Origin: Chloroflexota bacterium
GTDB taxonomy: Bacteria; Chloroflexota; UBA11872; VXOZ01
Direction: 5' to 3'
NCBI GenBank assembly: GCA_963662335.2
Contig: CAXXVD010000004.1
Coordinates: forward strand, 96,001-160,000
DNA length: 64,000 nucleotides
In this document: positions 50,447 to 59,069 of the stretch, piece after piece
Position numbering within the stretch: the stretch's first letter is position 1
Layout of the letters: every line of letters starts with the position of its first letter
Notes under the pieces: generated by a model
Seen by the model: only the letters and a program-made list of their open reading frames with translations
Databases searched by the model: none
Told to the model about the DNA's origin: nothing
Position numbers and translations under genes: made by a program

Positions 50447-51348
50447 TACGCGCGCTCCATCTGCTGCTCCAACGCCGCCAGACGCTTCAGGCGGTTCTCC
50501 AGCGAGGGATGGGTGGATATGAGTTCCATCAAGGAATTCTTGCTGAGCGCGGGCATGATGAAGAACGCGTTGGCGCCCTCTACCTGCCGCAAGTCATCCT
50601 GCGGGATGCGCTGCATGCGGCCGCTGATCTTCAGCAGGGCGGAAGATAGATGCGAGGGCGCGCCGGTAAGCGCGGCGGAACCCCGGTCGGCGGCGTACTC
50701 CCGGTAGCGCGAGAGCGCCCGAATCAAGAAGAAACTCACGATCCAGACCAGCAGCGCCACGAAGTATACCATCATGATGGCCATTCCCGAGCTATCGCGG
50801 CCCCGGCCGCCAAAGCCGCCGAACAGCCCCATATAGAAACCGAGGCGCATGATCATGAAGGCCAGGGTGGAGAAGAAACTCGCCAGCGTGATGACCATAA
50901 CGTCGCGGTTCTTCACGTGGCTCAATTCATGGGCCAGCACCGCCTCCAATTCCTGGCGATTCAACTGATGCACCAGGCCGGTGGTCACGGCCACAACGGC
51001 GTGTTTGGGGTCTCTCCCCGTCGCAAAGGCGTTCGGCATCGCGTGTTCCACGATAGCGACGCGCGGCTTGGGAATGTCCGCCATGGCCGCGAGCCGTTCC
51101 ACCATCGCGTGCAGATCCGGGGCCTGCTCCGGCGTCACCTCTTTCGCGCCCATGGACCAGAGGATCATCTTGTCGCTAAAGAAGTACTGCGCGCCCAACA
51201 AGATGACCGCAAAGACGACCATCGTCATTGCGCCGGCCCCCAGCGACCAGAGCGCGGCCAAGAAGAAGACGTAGACCGCGCCAAGGAGAAAGATGGTAAC
51301 GAGCATGCGCACCTGCAGCCCGCCATCGCCAATCCACTTTCGCTGCAT
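50446..51348 (-). CDS. htpX: Zinc metalloprotease HtpX
   Basis: PNAFATGR, AHELSH, SRYREYAAD, STHP. Confidence 0.95.
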   Translation of the reverse strand: MQRKWIGDGGLQVRMLVTIFLLGAVYVFFLAALWSLGAGAMTMVVFAVILLGAQYFFSDKMILWSMGAKEVTPEQAPDLHAMVERLAAMADIPKPRVAIVEHAMPNAFATGRDPKHAVVAVTTGLVHQLNRQELEAVLAHELSHVKNRDVMVITLASFFSTLAFMIMRLGFYMGLFGGFGGRGRDSSGMAIMMVYFVALLVWIVSFFLIRALSRYREYAADRGSAALTGAPSHLSSALLKISGRMQRIPQDDLRQVEGANAFFIMPALSKNSLMELISTHPSLENRLKRLAALEQQMERA

Positions 51349-51630
51349 GAGTGTACTCCTGGTTTCGCTGAAGCGCTTGAAAACTTGGCTCTACATCGGG
51401 TAAAGCTCGCGTCGTAATGCGGCACACCGCGCGAGAGAACGCGGCCGGGCGCGGCGTTGCTCTTCTTTTCCAGTATACTTCAGTCCCGGCGCTTTGACCA
51501 TAGAGCAACACCGCTCCTGCGCCCTGACCCGCTCTCGCGCCGGCGCGAATGCATACTCGCCCGGAATTTGTTACAGTAGAGGCGTCGAGGCCGTTGTGAC
51601 GGGTTTGCGGGCGCCGCGGAGAGCCGAATT

Positions 51631-52368
51631 GTGGCCGGCATGAACATTGCGGACAGGATCGCGCAGGTACGGGAGCGCATCGCGGCGGCCGCGGCGCGCG
51701 CCGGGCGCGACCCGGCAGACGTAACCCTGGTAGCGGTGTCTAAAGGATTTGGCGCGGAGGTTGTCGCCCAAGCGGCCGCGGCCGGACTTACCGTATTCGG
51801 CGAAAATCGCGTGCAGGAGGCCGCGGCGAAGATTCCCGCGCTTCCCGCGTCGCTGGAGTGGCACATGCTTGGGCACGTCCAATCGAACAAGGCGCGGCAA
51901 GCGGTAGAACTCTTCGACTGCGTTCAGGCCGTGGACAGCGTCCGGCTGGCCGGGGCGCTGGCGCGTCGTGCGGCGGAACACGGCCATTGCCTGCCGATCC
52001 TGCTTCAGGTGAACGTCTCCGGCAAAGAGGGCCAGTTTGGGTTGCCGCCCGCCGCCGTGCCCGCGGCGGCCTGTGACATGGCGGCGCACGAGCATCTCCG
52101 CCTGGAGGGACTGATGGCGATTGCGTCTTTCACGGACGATGAGGCCACGCTCCGCGCCGAATTCCGGACGTTGCGCCGCCTGCGCGATGAGGTTCAGGCC
52201 AGTGTGCCCGGTCGCCTCTGCGCGGAACTCTCCATGGGCATGACGAACGACTATGCAATCGCCATCGAGGAGGGCGCAACCATCGTGCGGGTGGGCCGGG
52301 CGCTATTTGGCGAGCGCCCGCCGCTGCCGCAGAGAGTCGCGGCCGGAGCCGAGAGTCGAAGCGCCTAG
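51631..52368 (+). CDS. yggS: PLP homeostasis protein YggS
   Basis: LVAVSK, FGENRVQE, WHMLGHVQSNK, LSMGMTND, VRVGRALFG. Confidence 0.96.
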   Translation: MAGMNIADRIAQVRERIAAAAARAGRDPADVTLVAVSKGFGAEVVAQAAAAGLTVFGENRVQEAAAKIPALPASLEWHMLGHVQSNKARQAVELFDCVQAVDSVRLAGALARRAAEHGHCLPILLQVNVSGKEGQFGLPPAAVPAAACDMAAHEHLRLEGLMAIASFTDDEATLRAEFRTLRRLRDEVQASVPGRLCAELSMGMTNDYAIAIEEGATIVRVGRALFGERPPLPQRVAAGAESRSA

Positions 52369-52392
52369 CACCGAGGTGGAAATCCAGAGAGC

Positions 52393-52653
52393 ATGATCGA
52401 AATAATCTGCCAGTTCATCCACTTTCTCACGCTCGCGTTGATCTTTGCCATCATTGCGCGCGCCCTGGCCTCGTGGTTCATTCAGGATCCCGGCAATCCC
52501 ATCATCGCGATGCTCAACGACATCACGGAGCCGGTCGTGGGCCCGGTGCGCCGCTTCATGCCCAACACGGGCATGATCGACTTCTCACCCTTGGTAGCGC
52601 TCCTTCTCCTCCAGATCTTGCGCACCGTCTTGCGCTCGCTGATCGGCTGTTGA
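52393..52653 (+). CDS. yggT: YggT family membrane protein
   Basis: ITEPVVGPVRR, GMIDFSPLVA. Confidence 0.93.
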   Translation: MIEIICQFIHFLTLALIFAIIARALASWFIQDPGNPIIAMLNDITEPVVGPVRRFMPNTGMIDFSPLVALLLLQILRTVLRSLIGC

Positions 52654-52656
52654 CGA

Positions 52657-52971
52657 ATGTCGCGTCCGGTCCCCTACATCCAGGACTGCGCCGACGGCTG
52701 CGAGTTAACCATCCTCGCCAGACCGCGCGCGCGCCGCACGGAATTCGCCGGTACCCACGACGGCGCGCTGTGCGTGCGCGTGCACGCGCCGCCCATAGGC
52801 GGCAAGGCAAATGCCGAGTTGATTGGGTTTCTGGCACAGGAGCTTGGCGTGCCCAAAGCGGCGGTTGCCGTACGGCGCGGCGCTGCCTCGCGCCGCAAAG
52901 TGGTGACAGTGCGCGGCCGTTCCGCTGCCGCTGCGGCGCGCCGCATCTCGTCGATGCGGCAAGGAGCGTAG
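52657..52971 (+). CDS. yggU: DUF167/YggU family protein
   Basis: VHAPPIGGKANAELI, GAASRRK. Confidence 0.9.
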   Translation: MSRPVPYIQDCADGCELTILARPRARRTEFAGTHDGALCVRVHAPPIGGKANAELIGFLAQELGVPKAAVAVRRGAASRRKVVTVRGRSAAAAARRISSMRQGA

Positions 52972-52974
52972 GAC

Positions 52975-54246
52975 GTGCTACAAACTCCCCGCGGCACCGC
53001 CGACCTCCTGCCCGGCGAGCAACCCTACTGGCGCGACGTTACCGCCCACTTTCAGCGCATCTGCGCCACCTACGGCTATGGCGAAATCCGCACGCCCGTC
53101 TTCGAGGATACCCAGCTTTTCCAGCGCACGGTAGGCGAGGGCACGGACATTGTCGAGAAAGAGATGTACACCTTCGCGGACCGCGGCGGCGACAGCCTCA
53201 CCCTGCGACCGGAAGGCACCGCACCGGTGGTGCGCGCCTATCTGGAGCACGGCATGCACCGGCTGCCGCAGCCGGTCAAGCTCAGCTACGTGGCGTCGAT
53301 CTTTCGCTACGACCGGCCCCAGGCCGGGCGGCTGCGCCAGCACCACCAGTTCGGCATAGAGGCCCTGGGTGAAGCGGAAGCCGGTATCGACGCCGAGGTG
53401 ATTGGGCTGCTCCTGCACCTCTACCGCAGCGTGGGGCTGACCGGCGTCTCCCTGCAACTCAACAGCATTGGCGACGCCGCCTGCCGGCCGCAGTACATCG
53501 CGGAATTGGCGGCGTACTACCGCGGGCACGTGCAGAGCCTGTGCGATAACTGCCAAACGCGCCTGGAACGCAATCCGTTGCGCCTGCTCGATTGCAAAGA
53601 GGATTCGTGCCAGCCGTTCATCGCGAAAGCGCCGCACACGCTGGATAACCTCTGCGGCGATTGTGACGCGCACTTCGGCGTCCTCAAACGCGCGTTAGAG
53701 GCCATGGGCATCAGCTACACGCTGAATCACACGCTGGTGCGCGGCCTGGACTACTACACGCGCACGGTGTTCGAGGTCTGGCCGGAGACGGTGGGACGGC
53801 AGAGCGCCCTGGGCGGCGGCGGGCGTTACGACGGTCTGGCGCGGCAGATCGGCAAACGCGACGTGCCCGGCATTGGCTTCGGCACCGGCATCGAGCGCAT
53901 CATCCTCAACCTCCAGCGCCAGGGGATTGCGCCCGACGATGAGCGGCCGTTTAGCGTCTTCGTGGCGACGCTGGGCGAGCGGGCCGGCGCGTACGGCACG
54001 GGCCTGGTGCACGACCTGCGGCAGCGCAACATCCGCGCCCTCACGACGTACCGGCCGCGCAGCCTCAAGGCGCAACTGCGCCAGGCGGGAAACCAGCAAG
54101 CGGACTACGCCGTGATCATCGGCGACGATGAGTTGGACGCCGGGCAGGCGCTGCTGCGGGATCTGGCCTCTAGCACGCAAGAAAACGTGGCGGCGTCCGA
54201 CCTGGCGGACACCCTCGAACGCCTGCGCGCCGAAAAGACCGGCTGA
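52975..54246 (+). CDS. hisS: Histidine--tRNA ligase
   Basis: PRGTAD, LRPEGTA, FRYDRPQAGRLRQHHQ, RGLDYY, GGGRYDGL. Confidence 0.98.
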   Translation: MLQTPRGTADLLPGEQPYWRDVTAHFQRICATYGYGEIRTPVFEDTQLFQRTVGEGTDIVEKEMYTFADRGGDSLTLRPEGTAPVVRAYLEHGMHRLPQPVKLSYVASIFRYDRPQAGRLRQHHQFGIEALGEAEAGIDAEVIGLLLHLYRSVGLTGVSLQLNSIGDAACRPQYIAELAAYYRGHVQSLCDNCQTRLERNPLRLLDCKEDSCQPFIAKAPHTLDNLCGDCDAHFGVLKRALEAMGISYTLNHTLVRGLDYYTRTVFEVWPETVGRQSALGGGGRYDGLARQIGKRDVPGIGFGTGIERIILNLQRQGIAPDDERPFSVFVATLGERAGAYGTGLVHDLRQRNIRALTTYRPRSLKAQLRQAGNQQADYAVIIGDDELDAGQALLRDLASSTQENVAASDLADTLERLRAEKTG

Positions 54247-54284
54247 GCGCTTGCCGCGCCCCGGCACGCTCCCTCCTAATCTGC

Positions 54285-54367
54285 GTAGCGCGGGGGCTTG
54301 TCCCCCGCTCTTGTCGCGCCCCAGCGTGCTTCTTCACACAAGCGTAGCGCGGGGGCTTGTCCCCCGC
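54285..54367 (+). repeat. Two direct copies of the GTAG REP
   Basis: GTAGCGCGGGGGCTTGTCCCCCGC at 54285-54308 and 54344-54367. Confidence 0.9.
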
Positions 54368-54511
54368 TGATGTTGCGCCCTGGCGACCACTGCGCTATAT
54401 TCCCGTTGTGAATAGACCTGGCGGCGTCTCCTCTTGCGCCCCGCTCTGGCGGACAGACGAGGCCGCGCGTGGTACAATGGCGGTAACTGTCGCGCAGCCA
54501 TGCGCGCTGCC

Positions 54512-54585
54512 GGGCCACTAGCTCAGTTGGTTAGAGCGCGCCCCTGATAAGGGCGAGGTCTGTGGTTCAAATCCACAGTGGCCCA
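54512..54585 (+). tRNA. tRNA-Ile(GAT)
   Basis: Cloverleaf with acceptor GGGCCAC/GTGGCCC, anticodon arm CGCCC-CTGATAA-GGGCG and TTCAAAT T-loop. CCA not fully encoded. TGGTACAAT extended -10 at 54470. Confidence 0.96.
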
Positions 54586-54677
54586 CCTTCGTTACACGGT
54601 CCGCCAGCGTCCATACGTTAGACTTCCGTTGCCAACACACCTGGCGGCGGTGTCTGGCTGCCCGGTCAGCCGCCCCT

Positions 54678-54753
54678 GGGGATGTAGCTCAGTTGGGAGA
54701 GCACCTCCTTTGCAAGGAGGGGGTCAGGAGTTCGAGTCTCCTCATCTCCACCA
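54678..54753 (+). tRNA. tRNA-Ala(TGC)
   Basis: Acceptor GGGGATG/CATCTCC with G3:U70, anticodon arm CCTCC-TTTGCAA-GGAGG, encoded CCA. Confidence 0.97.
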
Positions 54754-54867
54754 GTTTGCGCCCGGACTCATCTGAGGAATCGAACTCCATTTCAGCGTAC
54801 GCCATTCCGCTTGGATCGGATCACTAAAGGGCAAGACCCCAGGATTCACCACAGTCGCTTCGTCCCC

Positions 54868-55073
54868 GCGCGGCGGTGGAGAAACTGCGAGCGCGACGCC
54901 CCGATTCCATCTGTATGAGCCGCCGGTGCAAGGGTAGTTTCCGGTCGATCCTCCTTTCCACCAGAGCAGTCGCCGTTCGGCGCCGCGCTCATTGCCGCTC
55001 GCCTGGTTGATTCCCGAGCGCCACCGGGCGGATTTCGGGGGAACCTTCGCAGCCTCTCCACGGTTCGCCGCGC
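54868..55073. ncRNA. Candidate structured RNA or palindromic element of about 206 nt
   Basis: Seven mutually compatible perfect helices of 5-8 bp found by eye (see findings). No family recognised. Confidence 0.4.
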
Positions 55074-55343
55074 TTAGTTGCAGTGTATCTCTTTGGCTTC
55101 ACACTCTTTGTCAGATACGGTAGAATGGTGCGGTAGCGGCAATCTGACCACGGTCATCGGCTGCGCCCGTACACTGCACCGACCCGTGTGGCCGCTTGCC
55201 GCCTCGCCGCTGCGAGCTAGACGCCGTAGTACGCGCAACGTTCACAACGGAATTTCCGCGCGACAATTGCGGCGCGTAGACATCGTCACTGGAGCCGAGC
55301 GGCCTGGTCAACGCAAGCCACATCTAAGGAGGGGAGCGCTGCG

Positions 55344-57113
55344 ATGCGAACCGAGCAAGAACTGTATCCAAAGACCAGCCGTATGGGACTGATTGCCAGT
55401 CAAGTACGCAAAGGCCTCGGCGTTTCGTTCTTGCTCCTGGCCTTGGCATCCCTCGTCACACTTGCCGGCGCCTGCGGCTACTACCCTACCGCGATCTCCA
55501 TGCCCACGGCGACTCCGGCTCCCGAACCTGCGGCAGTTCCCGATCCCCAGGATGAAGCCGACGCCCTCACCCGCGCCTACGTGGAGAAGGCGATTGAACG
55601 CTATGTGCGCGAGGGGCTTGAGGCGACGGTCGCATTCTACAACAGCGAAGAGAGCGTAGAGGGCGAGCGGTACTTGACGTTGCTCCGCCAGGAAGACGGC
55701 ACTTCCCTGGCCATGCCATACTTCCAATACGCATTGGGAACCAGGCTCAAAGCCTTTGACATATACCTGGAGGCGGCTACGGCTGAGGGAATCTGGCTTG
55801 ATCACCGGGGAATGCTCTCGTCCCGATCCGCCGCTGGCGAGAACATCCTCAGGGTAGAGCCGCTGAGGAGTTTCGTCATTCTGCGCGACGGCCTGGTTTT
55901 CGTATCCAGACACTCCGTATTGCACGAGAACGTGGCGGAAGCCACCCAGGACTACGTGAGCCGCGCGATCGCTCTCTACCAGAGCGACGGGCTTGACGCG
56001 ACGGTTGCCTTCTACAACAGCCAGCAGAGCCTGGAGGGGCACTTCTACCTGTTCCTCATCGGCGCGGACGACAACTATCTGGCGCATCCGATATTCCCGC
56101 ACCTGATTGGCACTGACGTAAAGGACGTTGTGGGTTCGGACGGCCAGGAATTGGGGAAGGAGATAGCGCAAGCGACGGAGGACGGGATTTGGGTTGAATA
56201 CCTGTGGCCCAATCCGGTGACCCGGGTAGAGGAGCCGAAGACCACCTGGGCGGTCCGGCACGATGGGCTGATATTCGCTTCGGGCTACTACACATCCGTC
56301 GAGGAGGCGGTTTCGCCAGCCTGGGAGGGCGCGGACCCGCGCGAATACACGGTGGATTACGTGAACCGCGCGATAGAGCGGTACGAGCGCGACGGCCTTG
56401 AGGCGATGAAGACGTACTACAACAGCGTGGCGAGTTTCGAGGGCGAGTGGTATCTGTTCGCGGTGGACGAAAATGACCTGTACATCGTTCATTCACTCCT
56501 TCCCCGCCTGCTAGGGACGGACATCAAGGACTTGGTTGGATCGGACGGATTCGAACTGGGCAAGGAGTTGGCCAAGGCGACGGAGGAAGGGATCTGGGTG
56601 GAATACCTGTGGCCGCATCCGATTACGCTGCAGGAAGTGCCCAAGGTCGGGTACGCGGTCAGGCGAGACGGGATGATCTTCGCATCGGGCTACTACCCGG
56701 CGCCGGAAGACCCCGCCGCCGACGTGAAAGCCTTTGCGCGGCAGGCAATGGACTACTATGACTCAAATGGGCTGGAGGCGACGGTCGACCACTTCAACAG
56801 CGAGGCGAGCGAAGAGAGTTCCTACAATCTGCTCTTGGTCAGCGGCGAAGGCGAAGTCCTGGCGTTCAAGTTAAGACCGGCGTTGATTGGTCTGAATGTC
56901 GCGTTTCTGCGGGGACCCTTGAAGGGCGAGCCCGTTGGCGAATTGATCATGGAGGCGACGGCGGAAGGCCATTGGATTAGCTTCTTGTGGCAAAGCACAA
57001 TGGCGTCTGACGGTGTGCCCGCCCACGTATGGTCGGTCCGCCACGACGGTCTCGTCTTCTCGGTGTTCTACTTCGGCAATCTGGCAGCGGCGGAGGTAGA
57101 CGACGACGCCTGA
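55344..57113 (+). CDS. Predicted lipoprotein with four tandem single-Cache-like domains
   Basis: Hydrophobic signal with LAGA-C, Pro-rich linker, four repeats of the pattern VxxAIxxYxxxGLEATVxxYNS...ATEEGIWVEYLW...VRHDGLIFxSGYY. Start may be 55383. Confidence 0.8.
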   Translation: MRTEQELYPKTSRMGLIASQVRKGLGVSFLLLALASLVTLAGACGYYPTAISMPTATPAPEPAAVPDPQDEADALTRAYVEKAIERYVREGLEATVAFYNSEESVEGERYLTLLRQEDGTSLAMPYFQYALGTRLKAFDIYLEAATAEGIWLDHRGMLSSRSAAGENILRVEPLRSFVILRDGLVFVSRHSVLHENVAEATQDYVSRAIALYQSDGLDATVAFYNSQQSLEGHFYLFLIGADDNYLAHPIFPHLIGTDVKDVVGSDGQELGKEIAQATEDGIWVEYLWPNPVTRVEEPKTTWAVRHDGLIFASGYYTSVEEAVSPAWEGADPREYTVDYVNRAIERYERDGLEAMKTYYNSVASFEGEWYLFAVDENDLYIVHSLLPRLLGTDIKDLVGSDGFELGKELAKATEEGIWVEYLWPHPITLQEVPKVGYAVRRDGMIFASGYYPAPEDPAADVKAFARQAMDYYDSNGLEATVDHFNSEASEESSYNLLLVSGEGEVLAFKLRPALIGLNVAFLRGPLKGEPVGELIMEATAEGHWISFLWQSTMASDGVPAHVWSVRHDGLVFSVFYFGNLAAAEVDDDA

Positions 57114-57451
57114 CCTCCGCCTCCCGGGTCGTTATCCCATCACAAAATGAGGTGGGCGCCAGCGATTGCCGGCCGTTCTCCGCGGTGGACTTGCGTTCTC
57201 CGCATCCCGCTCTATCCTGAGGTAAGAACTGAAGAGTCCCACTCGGGCATGTGTGGAATATTCCCCATATGCCCGACCTTGGGCCTCAGCGGTTATGCGC
57301 CAGGCCCATCGCATTGGCCTCCTTACCGTTGGGCTTGCCACCGAAGAGTTGGCAATCGAGTCGCCGCCGTCCAGGTCTTCTTGAGAATCCACCGGCCCGA
57401 TGGGCCTGGCTGGCCTGTCTATGGCCACCAAGATGCGCGGGTCTATACGCC

Positions 57452-58564
57452 ATGCTGAATCTGCCTCATGCCGATGTCGTTGGGAGCCTCATTAGACCAC
57501 CGGAACTCCTCGCCGCGCGCGCGGAATTCGCGGGCGGGCGCATCTCGCCCGCGGCATTCAAGCGCGCCGAGGATGCCGCCGTCGATGGCGCCATTGCCGC
57601 CCAGGAGGAGGCCGGCCTTGAGATCCTCACCGACGGCGAAATACGCCGGCTCTCATTTCAGAGCCAGCTGCCCGAGGCTGTCGCGGGCTTTGGCGAGTTC
57701 GATCTCGACGCGTTTCTCTGGGGCGATTGGCGGGGGGACGAGCGGGTAGGCGACTCGCGCACGGATCGTCCCGCGACCCTAGGTGTCGTCGGTCGCCTCC
57801 AGCGGAAGCGCCACCTGTCGGCGGAGGAGTTCACCTACCTGCGCGGCCGCACCACGCGCCTAGCAAAGGTGACGTTGCCGAGCCCCAGCTTGTTCGCCAA
57901 CTTCTGGTCGCCGGTGAAGTCCGCCGCGGCCTACCCCACACTGGATGCGTTCCTGGCCGACGTCGCGCGGATACTCCGCGAGGAGATCGAAGAGCTGATC
58001 AGGCTGGGGGCGACCTACATCCAACTCGACGCGCCGCACTACCCGCTCGTGCTGGATCCGCAGTGGGCGGCGTTCTACGAGGCGCAGGGGTGGTCCGCGG
58101 CGGACTGGATCGCCCAGGGCGTCGAACTGGACAACGCCGTGATGGACGGTTTCTCGGATGTGGTGTTCGCGTTCCACCTCTGACGCGGCAACCAGGGCGG
58201 CCGGTGGCTGGTCGAAGGCGGTTACGACCGGCTTGTTGAGCCGGTGCTCCGGCGCATACACGCGCAGCGGCTGATGCTGGAATACGACGACCCGCGCTCA
58301 GGCTCGTTCGCGCCGCTGCGCGGCGTGCCCGACGACAAGCTCGTGGCGCTGGGACTGGTCACGACCAAGTCGCCGCGCGCGGAGACCCCAGCCGAACTTG
58401 CGTCTCGCATCGCCGAGGCCGCCCGCCACTTCCCGCTCGAGCAACTCGCCATCAGTCCGCAGTGCGGGTTCGGCTCATCCATCGTCGGCAATCCTCTCTC
58501 GATCGAGCAGCAGAACGCAAAACTGCGCCTCGTCGCCGAGACCGCCCGCAACGTTTGGGGGTAA
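57452..58564 (+). CDS. Short cobalamin-independent methionine synthase II (MetE C-terminal-like) protein, probable selenoprotein (TGA at 58181-58183, codon 244)
   Basis: ADVVGSLIRP, QEEAGL, TDGEIRR, YIQLDAP, then H-L-TGA-R-G-N and in-frame LEYD, LGLVTTK, ISPQCGF. ORFs 57251..58183 and 58244..58564 share one frame. Confidence 0.85.
58198..58210 (+). promoter_or_regulatory. Candidate bacterial SECIS apical hairpin
   Basis: CGGCC-GGT-GGCTG. The GGU loop starts 20 nt after the UGA. Confidence 0.5.
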
Positions 58565-58841
58565 ACGTCCTCGCCATGTTTGCCAGCGACCCCCAGGGGT
58601 CCCTTCCTCGGTCCGTATAGCGGCCTTGCTAACGACCGTCCACACCCGTGACCCATAGTTTCTTGAACTGCCAACCAGAGCGGAGCAATGAAATACACTC
58701 GTACGGTATACCCCGCCTTCTATTCTCCCTTTTCTGGTATTGCATTGTTTCATGCATCGCCGGTCCAATTTCCCAGTGGCCCTCCACCAAGAGCAGCGCC
58801 GGCACTTAGTAGCCAGCGCCCTGTTATACTAGCCGTCGCAC

Positions 58842-58917
58842 TGGGATGTAGCTCAGTTGGGAGAGCACCTCTTTGTAGAAGAGGGGATCAGGAGTTCGAG
58901 TCTCCTCGTCTCCACCA
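58842..58917 (+). tRNA. tRNA-Ala-derived gene with GTA anticodon (atypical tRNA or pseudo-tRNA)
   Basis: 76 nt, 67/76 identical to 54678-54753. Anticodon arm CCTCT-TTGTAGA-AGAGG. G3:U70, A73 and CCA kept, U1/C72 mismatch. TGTTATACT extended -10 at 58822-58830. Confidence 0.75.
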
Positions 58918-59069
58918 ATTTGCATCTGAGACTTGAGGGGGGACTCGGACTCCTGACCTGCGGGTCGCCGTGTGCGGGCAAGCAGGTTAGTTTTGCCGGA
59001 TCAGTCGGTGAGGCTGATGACGTGGAGCAGGACCGTATGTCCACTTCCATTCAATCAACGGCTGCTTTG

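Noticed and set aside
54285-54367. Two 24-bp palindromic direct repeats 35 bp apart as a mini-CRISPR
   Set aside because: The same 24-mer occurs singly elsewhere with a GTAG head, and the sequences after each copy resemble each other. It is a REP doublet.
57114-57451. Short ORFs upstream of the MetE-like gene, or a SAM/cobalamin riboswitch
   Set aside because: No family motifs in the translations and no riboswitch consensus visible.
58244-58564. Separate 106-aa gene, or a split pseudogene call
   Set aside because: It is the in-frame C-terminus of the MetE-like protein. The only break is a TGA at the conserved Cys, with no other decay.
58842-58917. The variant tRNA as the UGA decoder for the neighbouring gene
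   Set aside because: The anticodon is GTA rather than TCA, and it lacks the long acceptor and variable arms of tRNA-Sec.
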